From Candidatus Hydrothermarchaeota archaeon (GTDB lineage: Archaea > Hydrothermarchaeota > Hydrothermarchaeia > Hydrothermarchaeales > JALUUU01): a stretch of 53,851 bases of DNA. Every line of letters starts with the position of its first letter. The stretch's first letter is position 1. The notes under the pieces were generated by a model. It saw nothing but the letters and a program-made list of their open reading frames with translations, made no database searches and was not told the origin of the DNA. The stretch is from assembly GCA_964481825.1 (NCBI GenBank), contig CAYZUE010000002.1, positions 1-53,851 on the forward strand. Reading direction: 5' to 3'. The position numbers were made by a program, and so were the translations under genes. Positions 37,246 to 47,491 of the stretch are shown piece by piece.

Positions 37246-38200
37246 TTAAATCCCTAATGAGGATGGAATATCCTCTAAAAGATATATAGCTGTTTGGATG
37301 AGCCCCTAAAACCTTAGACAAAAAAGTTTTTTTAGGTGTAAAATCAGGTATCGATTCACTGTAGTAGTTATCAACTATCACTTCAGAAATATTAATACCT
37401 GAAGCGTAATTTAAGGCTATTATAGGTGTTGTTGGTCTTGGATTTATCTCTATTATTTTTAACTCCTCTCCAAGAATAAAATCAACGCCGACATAACCAA
37501 AGAGGCCTTTAATCCTTGAAACACAATCAAAAATAATTTCTGTATCAATACCCTCAACTGGCAACTTTGCCCCACAATAATTAAAGTTATCGTTTTCTTG
37601 AGTATTGACACTTAGAAGATTTATATTATCACCAATTAATAGACTTGCACTCATATCTGCGCCTTTAACATATTCTTGCAAAAGATAATTATTGGGGATA
37701 TTCGATAAGGATTTAGCATCATTTATTAAGCATACTCCTTCTCCTGAAACACCATCTCGCGGTTTAGCTATTAAAGGGAAATTAAGCTTAGTTGTTCCAT
37801 TAAAGACATGAGTTCGTGGAGATAAATCTTTTATTTTTTTATAAGTTGCATATTTATCTGTAGCATCATAAACTGCTTTAGAAGATGAACCTAGGTTAGC
37901 ACATCCACTTTTCTCAATAAATTTAGTTAGATCATACAGGATAAACTCTGTTTCTGGTGCGATTAGAAGACCATAATCTGAAAATTGAAGATTCATTTTA
38001 AAGACCTTATAATCGAATGGAATGTGGGGATAATTTAAAAAAAAAGGTAATGATGGATCAATGAATGTATTAACATCAAAACTTTTTTCAAAGCCATTTA
38101 ATAAGGATTTAAACATCCCTAGTCCTTCAACAGCAATAGATTGAGAAACCTTCAATATTGATCCACAAGTAATGTACTCATAAAGGAAAACCCTTTCCAT
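37226..38200 (-). CDS. ATP-grasp ligase (MfnD-like tyramine-glutamate ligase family); tentative
   Basis: 324 aa. LIAKPRDGVSGEGV, LLQEYVKG and GVDFILGEE..IIEINPRPT ATP-grasp elements. 20-nt overlap with the downstream gene. Confidence 0.55.
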   Translation of the reverse strand: MERVFLYEYITCGSILKVSQSIAVEGLGMFKSLLNGFEKSFDVNTFIDPSLPFFLNYPHIPFDYKVFKMNLQFSDYGLLIAPETEFILYDLTKFIEKSGCANLGSSSKAVYDATDKYATYKKIKDLSPRTHVFNGTTKLNFPLIAKPRDGVSGEGVCLINDAKSLSNIPNNYLLQEYVKGADMSASLLIGDNINLLSVNTQENDNFNYCGAKLPVEGIDTEIIFDCVSRIKGLFGYVGVDFILGEELKIIEINPRPTTPIIALNYASGINISEVIVDNYYSESIPDFTPKKTFLSKVLGAHPNSYISFRGYSILIRDLNEDINL

Positions 38201-39526
38201 TTAGTAACCTACTCCAAAGTATCGCATACCATGCCCTTTTACACCACGAGGATCAAGTATCCTTCGAGCATCGATAACAATATTTGGAGTTTTTAATTGT
38301 TTAGAAAGTTCTTTTAAATCAAGGCTTTTATAGATAGAATGATCTGTTACTATTACCAAACAATCTGAGTTTTTAATTACTTTTTTTATATTATTAGAGA
38401 ACATTCCCCCGAAGTCTTGTTTAACATATGGATCATGGGAATATACAAAGCAATCAGACTCAAGTAACTCTTCAACAATAACTTTTGCAGGAGTATTACG
38501 AACATCATCTGTATCCCCTTTATATGCTATCCCTAAAATTGATACCTTAGATTTTTCAATACTCTTATCTGCCGTAGCCAAAGCCTTCTTAATCATCTTA
38601 ACCACGTGTATAGGCATGTTCTCGTTTACTTTTCGTGCTGCCTCAATCAATTCTAATTTAATTCCTAATTCATTGGCTTTATTAAGAATAAAGTTAGGGT
38701 CTTTAGGAATGCAATGTCCACCAACACCAGCTCCAGGGAGGTGAATGTTTACACGTGGATGCTTATTAGCTAATTTTATCGCATTTAATGCGTCCACTCC
38801 AATACCTTCGCAAAACAAAGCTATCTCGTTTGCAAGGGCGATGTTAGTATCACGATACGTATTCTCAATGAGTTTTACAATTTCAACGGTAGCTAAATCT
38901 GATAATATTAACTCTCCCTCAGTAACTAGTTTATAAAACTCCATTGCAATAGATGCACTTTTCTGATTAATTCCTCCAATAAGTCGAGAATTGGACTGAA
39001 TTTCCTCAAGAGTTCTAGTTGGCATGGCACGTTCAGGCGAATATGCCAAATAGAAATCTTCACCAGCTACCAACCCAGAACAATCAAAAATAGGTAAAAT
39101 CACTTCATTTATAGTACCGGGAGGCAACGTACTTTCAATAATGATAAGTTGTCCAGATCTAAGTTGTTTTGAAACCTCCAAACATGCACTCTTTAGATGA
39201 GACAAATCTGGCGTATTATCTTCTTTTATTGGCGTCTGAACCACGATAAGAACTATTTTACATTTTTTTACGACTTCTGAAGGATTTAATGTTGCCCTTA
39301 ATCGTCCTTCTATACTTCCCTTTTCAATTAAACTTTGAAGACCCTCCTCTTGAACTGATGATTTTTTGGAGTTAACAGCATCTACAATATGTGGATTTAG
39401 ATCCCCACCCAGAACAGTGAATCCTTTTTCAGCTATTACCGCGGCCATGGGTAAACCGATATGACCCAACCCTATAATACCTACACTACATCTTCTCTTC
39501 TTTATTTCTTCCTCTAAAGTACCCAT
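38201..39526 (-). CDS. wecC: UDP-N-acetyl-D-mannosamine dehydrogenase (nucleotide-sugar dehydrogenase)
   Basis: 441 aa. IIGLGHIGLPMA Rossmann motif and catalytic GVGGHCIPKDP. Confidence 0.85.
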   Translation of the reverse strand: MGTLEEEIKKRRCSVGIIGLGHIGLPMAAVIAEKGFTVLGGDLNPHIVDAVNSKKSSVQEEGLQSLIEKGSIEGRLRATLNPSEVVKKCKIVLIVVQTPIKEDNTPDLSHLKSACLEVSKQLRSGQLIIIESTLPPGTINEVILPIFDCSGLVAGEDFYLAYSPERAMPTRTLEEIQSNSRLIGGINQKSASIAMEFYKLVTEGELILSDLATVEIVKLIENTYRDTNIALANEIALFCEGIGVDALNAIKLANKHPRVNIHLPGAGVGGHCIPKDPNFILNKANELGIKLELIEAARKVNENMPIHVVKMIKKALATADKSIEKSKVSILGIAYKGDTDDVRNTPAKVIVEELLESDCFVYSHDPYVKQDFGGMFSNNIKKVIKNSDCLVIVTDHSIYKSLDLKELSKQLKTPNIVIDARRILDPRGVKGHGMRYFGVGY

Positions 39527-39694
39527 TAATATCCTTCATCCATCTTTGCAGGTATTTTAACCTTTCCTGTGAAACGATTTCATGAAAAAAGTTAAGAGGT
39601 GAATAGGTTGCTATTTTCAATAAAACAATCTGAATTACCATTCCAAACCATTTCATTTATTAAAAAAAAGGTTGAATAAGTGTAAAGTGTTTAT

Positions 39695-40648
39695 TTAATC
39701 GTGAAAATCCTTTTTAATAGTCAATTTCTGAGTCTTTCCATAAGGTTCTTTTGAGATAATGCCCCTATTTGACAAATTCATAATTATCCTACTTACCTTA
39801 GGCCTAGAAAAATCTGTCACTTCAGGTAGCTTATCCTGAGTTAAAACTCCTCCATTTTTCAAGATATATTTGACAATCTTTTCCTCATCCTTAGTTAAAA
39901 TAGTAAAAGAAACTTTATCCTCCAATTTCCTAAAGCGGACCCAGATTAAGATAGTAGCCGCTCCTAGAACAATCCCTAAAACTAAAGGTATGTAAAATGA
40001 GTCATATTGATTAGATTCTCCTTTCCACCCATTATCTATGATTACTAAATCATAACCCTTGGATAACAAGTCTTCCCTAATATTAGGGGAAATCCCTTCA
40101 ACAAGGTATACCTTTTTAACTCCAATAGTAACAAGAGCTTTTTCTACGCTTGGGGATACCTTATCCCCCTTAACAAACATAATGGGACCTCTAATTGAAG
40201 ATGCAACCCTTTCTGCAACTAACAATCCTTCATACCCCTCACCCCTAACTAAAACAACCCCTTCTACCTCCTTGAATAGCTCTATTGAGACTCTGGCAGA
40301 TGTCCCGTACCTATCCCCTTCACTTATTCTATGAGTTATAAACCCCATGTCATCAAGTCTAGATTTTATCATGGGCGAAATTGCTTCTTCCCCCCCAATG
40401 ATAATAAGATTACTAAAACCTGAAGCTAAATAACCGCCAAGCTGATCTTTAACATCGTCATCTAGATAATCAGGATTGGTGACAACAATAGGTACCCCCG
40501 ATTTTTGGGCGTACGCTTGGGCGATAACCCAATCCATTGGAAGGTCACTTCTAACAATGATTACATCGTATTGAGGAGATTCGGATGCAATAGTTAAAGG
40601 TACAGATACAATAGTTAAAAATAAGGATATTAGGAGAAGCTCTTTCAT
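39695..40648 (-). CDS. membrane protein: signal peptide + CWB2-like extracellular repeats + TM + cytoplasmic winged-helix domain
   Basis: 317 aa. It contains, in order:
- signal peptide MKELLLISLFLTIVSVPLTIA;
- CWB2-like repeats GDRYGTSARVSIELF and LLVAERVASSIRGPIMFV;
- TM IPLVLGIVLGAATILIWV followed by RFRK;
- C-terminal EEKIVKYILKNGGVLTQDKL...SRPKVSRIIMNLSNRGIISK, a MarR/TrmB-like wHTH. Confidence 0.55.
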   Translation of the reverse strand: MKELLLISLFLTIVSVPLTIASESPQYDVIIVRSDLPMDWVIAQAYAQKSGVPIVVTNPDYLDDDVKDQLGGYLASGFSNLIIIGGEEAISPMIKSRLDDMGFITHRISEGDRYGTSARVSIELFKEVEGVVLVRGEGYEGLLVAERVASSIRGPIMFVKGDKVSPSVEKALVTIGVKKVYLVEGISPNIREDLLSKGYDLVIIDNGWKGESNQYDSFYIPLVLGIVLGAATILIWVRFRKLEDKVSFTILTKDEEKIVKYILKNGGVLTQDKLPEVTDFSRPKVSRIIMNLSNRGIISKEPYGKTQKLTIKKDFHD

Positions 40649-40726
40649 AGATGTTAATTTCCAAGAATCTGATATAACTTTATCGCTCTTAACATAAATA
40701 ATGGATAATTAAACAAAATTAAATGC

Positions 40727-41875
40727 CTAGAAAAATGAGTTTTTTACTCCTTTTAAAACTCTATTAAAAATTTTATCATTACTCTTTAATTCCTTTTCTT
40801 CAAATTTAGAGAGTTCTTCAAAAAGTTTTCTTTGCTCATTGTTTAGTTTCCTTGGGGTTAAAAGTTGAACTTGGATATGCAAATCTCCTTTCCCATAACC
40901 TCGTACGTTTGGCATCCCTTTTCCTTTCAGTTTAAAAACTGTTCCAGATTGTGTTCCCGGTGGGATAGTAACCTTAGAACTTCCATTGAGAGTTGGAACA
41001 GTTATCTTGTCCCCTAGAGTAGCCTGACTTAACCCAACAGCTAATTTTAAATATATATCATTTCCTTCTCTAATGAAACGATTATGTGGTTTCACAGAAA
41101 TGACCACATAAAGATCCCCCTGAGGTGCTTGTAATTCTCCAGCATCCCCCTTACCCGCAAGTCTAAGTCTTGAACCTGAATCTATGCCTGCTGGAATATT
41201 CACCTTAAGTTTATTAGGCTTACGAACCCTACCCTTTCCAAAACATTTTGTACAGGGAGTTTCAATTACTTTACCCTTTCCATTACATTCATTACAAGGG
41301 GCAATTTTTGTGAACTGTCCAAAGGGTGTTTGACTGATGTATGATACTTGCCTCTGCCCATTACATGTTGGACACGTCTTTGAAAAAGTACCTGATTTAG
41401 CACCACTTCCTCTACACTCAATACACCTCTCCATCCGAGAATATGATACCTTTTTTTCAACACCTTTATATCCTTCTTCCAAGGTTATTTGCAAATTCGC
41501 CCTAAGATCTGCTCCTTTCCTAGGTCCTTGTCGATAACTTCCACCTCCAAAAATTGACTCGAAAATGTTACCTAGACCTCCAGATCCGAAGCCAGCATCA
41601 CCAAAAATGTCTTCAAAGTTAATGCTTCTAAATATATCCTCCTGTGAATAGTTGCCGTTAATACCTGTATGACCAAAACGATCGTACATCCCCCTCTTGT
41701 CTTCGTCACTCAAAACCCCGTAAGCAACAGATATATCCTTGAACTTTTCCTCGGCTTCAGATGATTTATTACGATCAGGATGATATTTCATAGCCAATTT
41801 ACGGTACGCCTTTTTAATCTCCTTATCTGAAGCATTTTTATTGACACCTAGAATTTCATAATAATCCTGTGGCAT
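40727..41875 (-). CDS. dnaJ: chaperone DnaJ (Hsp40)
   Basis: 382 aa. J domain with HPD (KYHPDRN), G/F region, and four Cys repeats, of which the first, third and fourth are canonical CxxCxGxG and the second (CPTCNGQR) is degenerate. Confidence 0.9.
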   Translation of the reverse strand: MPQDYYEILGVNKNASDKEIKKAYRKLAMKYHPDRNKSSEAEEKFKDISVAYGVLSDEDKRGMYDRFGHTGINGNYSQEDIFRSINFEDIFGDAGFGSGGLGNIFESIFGGGSYRQGPRKGADLRANLQITLEEGYKGVEKKVSYSRMERCIECRGSGAKSGTFSKTCPTCNGQRQVSYISQTPFGQFTKIAPCNECNGKGKVIETPCTKCFGKGRVRKPNKLKVNIPAGIDSGSRLRLAGKGDAGELQAPQGDLYVVISVKPHNRFIREGNDIYLKLAVGLSQATLGDKITVPTLNGSSKVTIPPGTQSGTVFKLKGKGMPNVRGYGKGDLHIQVQLLTPRKLNNEQRKLFEELSKFEEKELKSNDKIFNRVLKGVKNSFF

Positions 41876-43741
41876 CTATTTTTTCTCCTCATCTACATCT
41901 TCATACTCAGCTTCAACAACCTTTTCATCCTTCGTACCTTCAGCTTCTTTATTGTTTAAATTATTAGATTGCTCTTCCTGAGCTTCTTGTTGAGCTTGTT
42001 GGTACATGAGAGTAGAAATTTCGTGCATCACAGTGGTAAGTTCTTCTACCTCTTTTTTAATTTTGGATACATCCTCAGTCTTAAGAGATTCCTTAACCTT
42101 AGAAACCCCAGTTTCTACTTTCTCTTTCTGCTCCTTTGAAACTTTATCTCCCAGCTCCTTCAGAGATTTCTCGGCTGTGTATACTAAAGTATCCGCCTGA
42201 TTAAGAATCTCAACTTTCTCTTTCTTCTTCTCATCCGCTTCTGCATATTTATCAGCTTCTTTTACTTTCATATCTATTTCTTCTTTAGAAAGTTTATTAG
42301 GGGCAGTTATAGCCATTTTCTGTTCATTCCCAGAACCTAAATCTTTGGCCGTCACATTTAGAATTCCATTAGCATCAATATCGAATGTAACTTCTATCTG
42401 GGGGATTCCCCTAGGAGATGGAGGTATCCCTATAAGATTAAACCTCCCAAGAGAGATATTATCCCCTGCCATTTTACGCTCCCCTTGTAAAACATGTATT
42501 TCAACCGAGGTTTGATTGTCTGCTGCTGTTGAAAATATTTGAGTTTTTTTAGTTGGAATTGTAGTGTTCCTCTCTATCAGTTCTGTGCGAACACCTCCAA
42601 GTGTTTCAATTCCCAATGTAAGAGGTGTAACATCTAGTAACAAAATATCTTTCACTTCTCCAGCGAGAACACCTCCTTGAATAGCAGCACCCATTGCCAC
42701 GCACTCCATTGGATCAACACCTTGCTCTGGTTCTTTGCCTACGAAATGCTTGATAAAATCTCGTACAATCGGCATACGAGTTGGGCCACCAACTAAAACA
42801 ATTCTTCCTATATCTCCAGGTTGCATTTCTGCATCCGCTAAAACCTGACGCATAGGCTTTTCGCATTTTTCCATTATTGGGCGTACAAGTTTCTCAAGGG
42901 TTGCCCTTTTTATCTTTGTATCTAAGTGTTTTGGGCCGGCTTTATCAGAAGTTATAAAAGGTAAATTTATAACAGTCTCTAAGGTAGTTGAAAGCTCAAT
43001 TTTGGCTTTTTCTGCTGCTTCCGTTAAGCGTTGCTTAGATGTTGGATCATTCCTTAAATCAATAACATTATCTTTTTTAAATTCTTCAGCAATGTAATCA
43101 ACTAGTATCTTATCCATGTCAGTACCACCAAGTTGTGTATCTCCTGAAGTAGAAACTACCTCAAACACGCCTTCACTTAAATCCATTATCGTTACATCCA
43201 AAGTCCCTCCACCAAAATCGAAAACCAAAATCTTTTGGTCTCCTTTCTTATCTAATCCATATGCTAATGATGCTGCGGTTGGTTCATTAATAATGCGGAC
43301 TACTTTAAGGCCTGCGATTTCACCAGCATCTTTAGTTGCTTGTCTTTGATTATCATTAAAATATGCTGGAACAGTTATGACTGCTTTTTTAACAGATTCA
43401 CCAATGAATGCTTTTGAATCTTGTTTTATTTTTTGAAGAATGAATGAGGATATATCCTGTGGAGTATATTCTTTTTTGAAAATACTATATTTATGCGTAG
43501 TTCCAATCTTTCTCTTAGCAGCTACTATTGTACCTTCAGGATTACTTACTGCTTGCCTCCGAGCAGGTTCACCAACAAGCCGTTGTCCATCTTCAGTAAA
43601 TGCAACAACCGAAGGAAAGGCTTTACCTCCTAATGTAGCTCCTTCGGCACTAGGTATAATTGTTGGTCGCCCTCCTTGTATTACTGCAGCAGCAGAATTA
43701 CTGGTTCCTAAATCTATGCCTATAATCTTTTCCATTCCCAT
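41876..43741 (-). CDS. dnaK: chaperone DnaK (Hsp70)
   Basis: 621 aa. [19 protein letters not shown] and [10 protein letters not shown] motifs. The stop abuts the dnaJ start. Confidence 0.95.
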   Translation of the reverse strand: MGMEKIIGIDLGTSNSAAAVIQGGRPTIIPSAEGATLGGKAFPSVVAFTEDGQRLVGEPARRQAVSNPEGTIVAAKRKIGTTHKYSIFKKEYTPQDISSFILQKIKQDSKAFIGESVKKAVITVPAYFNDNQRQATKDAGEIAGLKVVRIINEPTAASLAYGLDKKGDQKILVFDFGGGTLDVTIMDLSEGVFEVVSTSGDTQLGGTDMDKILVDYIAEEFKKDNVIDLRNDPTSKQRLTEAAEKAKIELSTTLETVINLPFITSDKAGPKHLDTKIKRATLEKLVRPIMEKCEKPMRQVLADAEMQPGDIGRIVLVGGPTRMPIVRDFIKHFVGKEPEQGVDPMECVAMGAAIQGGVLAGEVKDILLLDVTPLTLGIETLGGVRTELIERNTTIPTKKTQIFSTAADNQTSVEIHVLQGERKMAGDNISLGRFNLIGIPPSPRGIPQIEVTFDIDANGILNVTAKDLGSGNEQKMAITAPNKLSKEEIDMKVKEADKYAEADEKKKEKVEILNQADTLVYTAEKSLKELGDKVSKEQKEKVETGVSKVKESLKTEDVSKIKKEVEELTTVMHEISTLMYQQAQQEAQEEQSNNLNNKEAEGTKDEKVVEAEYEDVDEEKK

Positions 43742-43746
43742 TTATT

Positions 43747-44235
43747 TCACCTCTTAGATACCTTGACCTTAGAATATCTGATAACCTTGTCTTTTAGCAA
43801 GTAGCCACTTTGGATTTCATCTAGAATTATTCCTTCTTCAGCATCTTTTGTTTGTTCTTTAATTAAAGCATCATGTCTACAAGGGTCAAACTTATCCCCA
43901 AGACATTTAATCTTAATTACCCCCTCATTAGCTAGAGTTTCTTTCAATTGATTAACGACCATCTCAACACCCTGTAAAATAGCTCCCTTACTACCCTTGG
44001 ATCCTCCAGTTAAAGCCCTATCAAAATTTTCGTAAATGTCTATAATCTTTAAAATTAAAGGTTCTCTAGATGAAGTTATAAGAGTTTCTTTTTCTAAAGA
44101 AATCCTTTTTTCTAAATTCTCAAAATCTGCCTGTAAATATTTAATCCTACTTTTATAGCCTTCAATCTCTTTATCCTTATCTTCAATTTGTTTTTTTAGA
44201 GATTTTAACGTTGATTTAGTTGTCTTTGGACTCAT
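43747..44235 (-). CDS. grpE: nucleotide exchange factor GrpE
   Basis: 162 aa. Coiled-coil N-terminus, YLQADFENLEKR, and a C-terminal beta domain. Sits 5 nt upstream of dnaK. Confidence 0.85.
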   Translation of the reverse strand: MSPKTTKSTLKSLKKQIEDKDKEIEGYKSRIKYLQADFENLEKRISLEKETLITSSREPLILKIIDIYENFDRALTGGSKGSKGAILQGVEMVVNQLKETLANEGVIKIKCLGDKFDPCRHDALIKEQTKDAEEGIILDEIQSGYLLKDKVIRYSKVKVSKR

Positions 44236-44390
44236 AAAACCACCTTAAAGTAGATGAACTGTATTATATGCACAAAAAACGACTAACAAGAATAAATATT
44301 TTAGTAACAAAAAGTTAGAATTTCAAGATTACTCTGAAAAAAATAAAGAGATATTGATGTAAAGTGAAGCCTAAATTAATTGGATTTATA

Positions 44391-44924
44391 TTATAGATGA
44401 GACTTCTCAATTTTATCGCAGACCTCATCCAGACATTGAATCCATATATCATCATTTAAATTAGGAAACGAATAAGTTGCATTAACCATAAAAAACCTGC
44501 TCAAACTCATTGTTGGGATATTACTAAAATTTTTAAGGCTTTGAAAAGTTGCATTCATTAAATCAAGGTGCGATCCTAGTACCATTACTAAATCCGGCCT
44601 TCCATAACCTTCAATTCCACCCCATTTATTATCAGTAGCAACATTGGTTATCTCAACTACAGCCATCTCAACATAATTTGTGAATCCTCGTTCTTTTAGA
44701 AATTTACCAGAATGTGCAGTAGCAACAATCGGCATATCTAAAGCTCTAGAGAGTCTAATGATTCTATCAAGTGGAGCTCCATCTAGATCCATAATTCGTG
44801 AACCAATAATCACAGTTGGTTTATCTGCATTACTAATAATCCTAACTGCAGTATCTGGTTCAATTGGACGTGCTTGACTAGAGCCTGCATGATGGGTTTT
44901 CACCCATGAAGTAATTCGCTCCAT
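44391..44924 (-). CDS. cdhB: CO dehydrogenase/acetyl-CoA synthase complex, epsilon subunit
   Basis: 177 aa, starting 1 nt after the cdhA stop. Size and the DKPTVIIGSRI...MPIVATAHS layout fit CdhB. Confidence 0.7.
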   Translation of the reverse strand: MERITSWVKTHHAGSSQARPIEPDTAVRIISNADKPTVIIGSRIMDLDGAPLDRIIRLSRALDMPIVATAHSGKFLKERGFTNYVEMAVVEITNVATDNKWGGIEGYGRPDLVMVLGSHLDLMNATFQSLKNFSNIPTMSLSRFFMVNATYSFPNLNDDIWIQCLDEVCDKIEKSHL

Positions 44925-44925
44925 C

Positions 44926-47265
44926 TTAAGATACCCTCTGCCTTATCATTCTCTCAAGAAGCGTTGGATCTGGAATAGTTTTTTCCTTCCACTGGACTTT
45001 CTTTAAAATCTTCTTAATTTCATCTTTTTCAGTAATTGGTATATCGCCTTCCACCCGAATATAAGTGTGTATATCTGGAGGCATTCTCCCATAATATCGC
45101 TTATATAGATCAGTGTAATGGGTAAGCTTTATCTGTCTCCCTTTTGTAGTATCATTTGGACGCATCACGAGTCGCGCAATAGCTATGATAGCCTCCTCTT
45201 TACTTTCTGCCACATATGCTAGATGCGCTGGCATGGCATCACCAATAAGTTTATCACCATTTTTTGCATTGAACAATTCCCAGGTTTTTGGCTTATCGTT
45301 CCGACCTAAATAAAGGCGCCTATATTTTACTCCAGTTGGCCCCATTATAGTTGGTATACCCCATCTATTTAAACCAGTCCCGATAGAAAGCGCTTTTTGG
45401 GAATAAGTTCCCCAAACAACACCCACAGCACCAACTCGGTTATGGATATAATCTGCGATCTCCTCGAAATTGGCACGGAGATCACGCCTAGCAAAGATGT
45501 GTGGAATCTTGATTGCTGCACCTAAAATGTGAGAGTTTGACACACATGATCCACAATTTGCAAGACTTGACTGATCAAAATCGCCAGGATATTTTTCATA
45601 TAAGGACTTTCCATCCTCATCATGATACATAGCTAAAGACATAGCAGCACACCCACTAGTAACAACGATATAGCGCCTTTTGAGAAATTCTTCAGCAATT
45701 TCAGCGACTTCTTTAGCCCCATTAGCATAATTGTTACACCCTGCAAAGGCAACAACCCCTGGTATCTCTCCAAAAACTATTGGACGACCGACATGTCTAA
45801 TCTCGGTATCTAGGATTGGCCCACGCCCGGATCTTATCATAAATTTCTGTTCTTTTATCATCTTTTCAGATGCTTTCTCCATCATAGAAATTATTGGTAT
45901 ATCTTTTGGACACGCCTGCTCACATCTACCACACCCTATGCAATGTTCGCGAAGCTCAGATAATCCTTCGAAATCTGCTATTTTGCCCTTGGTCATTGCT
46001 TCACTAATATGTAAATCTGGTGGACAATGGCGCCTACATTCCTCGCACGCCGTACATTTTTTTGCTTCAATAATAACATTTTTCCCATTAGGTATCGCCT
46101 TTCTTCCCTCTCTTAAAGGAGCGATTGCTTCAGCAGCCTTAATAGCAACTTCCCCAACTTTCTCTTCTTTAAGTATCATTGCCCCCCTTATGTCTCTATT
46201 TACCAGCTTATTCACAATTTCATCAGCAGGTATTCGAGTCATATCAGGAAGACCTGCAGTTGCTTTATCATTAGTGGTTAAAACTAGAGAACCTACCTTC
46301 TCAGCTTCCTCCAAAATATCAGTCCTAATACACTGCTCATCCAATATTATTATATCAGCTATTCCAGAACGAATGAAACGTATTTGCTCAGACATTGGGC
46401 CTATTATCTTGGATTTTGGATTCAATCTAGTTAAGTCATGGGCAGTGCAACATATTCCTGCAATCTCCACATCATCCATTTTATTATAGGCTTCCGCATA
46501 TGTAACAACTTCAGCCCCAGCTGCCACATTGTGCCCTATCATAAGGATAACTGGCTTTTTACCATCTACTGTTCCAGCACCTATCTCTGCTAGAGGTGCA
46601 TCAGCCTGACCAACAGGGAAATCATAACCTACAATCTGAACTATATCCCCTACCTCTTTCACAAGGTTATCAACCATGCCTATATGTAATGCCTTTGACT
46701 CAAAGTCTTTATAGTTACCCTCTTGTCCTGTATGAATTGAGGCTAAAACATTCTGAATTTCCCCCTCGGCATAATCCAAAGCTTCCTTAAAATCTCCCAA
46801 AGTTCGAGGTTTTATTCCTGTAACCGTTCGTGTAATAGGTGCCTCACAAGCAATATCAAGCCCCATATCTATTTTAAAATCATTTCCAAGCCTCTGAATC
46901 TGAACCCCTAAAACATGTCTCGCATGAGCTCCGTGACAAGCCGCACCTATTACGGATTCTAGAGCAATCGTACGTGCTTGTTGATTCTTTTGATCAATTC
47001 CACATGCCCCTTTCTTTCCATTTGTTAGGTCACATTTCCCATATGCACAATTACAACACATATCGCATATAGGAGAATAAAAAGGATCATAACGATTCAA
47101 TAGTTTCATATCCCATTCTCTTAACTCTGAAAGAGTGGGCATAGGTGTAGGACCCATAGGTTCATCCCAATCATCCTCAATTTTACCTAGTACTATTTCA
47201 ACATTCCCCATTTTTAAACTTGGAGATTTCATTTGATCTATCTTAACTTTTTGATTATTAACCAT
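44926..47265 (-). CDS. cdhA: CO dehydrogenase/acetyl-CoA synthase complex, alpha subunit (Ni-CODH catalytic)
   Basis: 779 aa. N-terminal Cys cluster (CDMCCNCAYGKCDL), an inserted 2x[4Fe-4S] ferredoxin domain (CTACEECRRHCP, CIGCGRCEQACP), and C-cluster region Cys/His residues. Confidence 0.9.
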   Translation of the reverse strand: MVNNQKVKIDQMKSPSLKMGNVEIVLGKIEDDWDEPMGPTPMPTLSELREWDMKLLNRYDPFYSPICDMCCNCAYGKCDLTNGKKGACGIDQKNQQARTIALESVIGAACHGAHARHVLGVQIQRLGNDFKIDMGLDIACEAPITRTVTGIKPRTLGDFKEALDYAEGEIQNVLASIHTGQEGNYKDFESKALHIGMVDNLVKEVGDIVQIVGYDFPVGQADAPLAEIGAGTVDGKKPVILMIGHNVAAGAEVVTYAEAYNKMDDVEIAGICCTAHDLTRLNPKSKIIGPMSEQIRFIRSGIADIIILDEQCIRTDILEEAEKVGSLVLTTNDKATAGLPDMTRIPADEIVNKLVNRDIRGAMILKEEKVGEVAIKAAEAIAPLREGRKAIPNGKNVIIEAKKCTACEECRRHCPPDLHISEAMTKGKIADFEGLSELREHCIGCGRCEQACPKDIPIISMMEKASEKMIKEQKFMIRSGRGPILDTEIRHVGRPIVFGEIPGVVAFAGCNNYANGAKEVAEIAEEFLKRRYIVVTSGCAAMSLAMYHDEDGKSLYEKYPGDFDQSSLANCGSCVSNSHILGAAIKIPHIFARRDLRANFEEIADYIHNRVGAVGVVWGTYSQKALSIGTGLNRWGIPTIMGPTGVKYRRLYLGRNDKPKTWELFNAKNGDKLIGDAMPAHLAYVAESKEEAIIAIARLVMRPNDTTKGRQIKLTHYTDLYKRYYGRMPPDIHTYIRVEGDIPITEKDEIKKILKKVQWKEKTIPDPTLLERMIRQRVS

Positions 47266-47491
47266 ATTTTAGCCACCCAATTATGAAAATAATTCTTAAG
47301 GATTAGATAAATAATTATTCCCATTTACAAATATTATTTGAAATGCGAAATAAATGAGCAATCTTTTTTCGTATTTATTCCTCCATTTACTAACTTTCAA
47401 CCGAAATAGGCAGGGATAAATTAGCAATTATTTTGTTAGTTAAGTAATAAGTAGATTGATAAATTATAACCTATAAAAAGGTATATGCAAA

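Noticed and set aside
39480-39655. Small minus-strand ORF (MKWFGMVIQIVLLKIATYSPLNFFHEIVSQERLKYLQRWMKDING...) starting at 39655 and running out of frame into the wecC start. Possible leader peptide.
   Set aside because: Under 60 codons, with no ribosome-binding site seen and no conservation evidence available. It overlaps a well-supported gene start.
45731-46489. 252-aa plus-strand ORF inside cdhA. Many similar antisense ORFs appear in the track, for example 15703..16323, 14865..15278, 23023..23442, 26025..26408, 32054..32452, 6362..6739 and 19048..19446.
   Set aside because: Each lies fully inside a longer opposite-strand gene with clear family motifs. Their translations are low-complexity (Ser/Leu/Ile/Pro-rich) shadows typical of AT-rich genomes. 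No motifs or plausible start contexts were seen.
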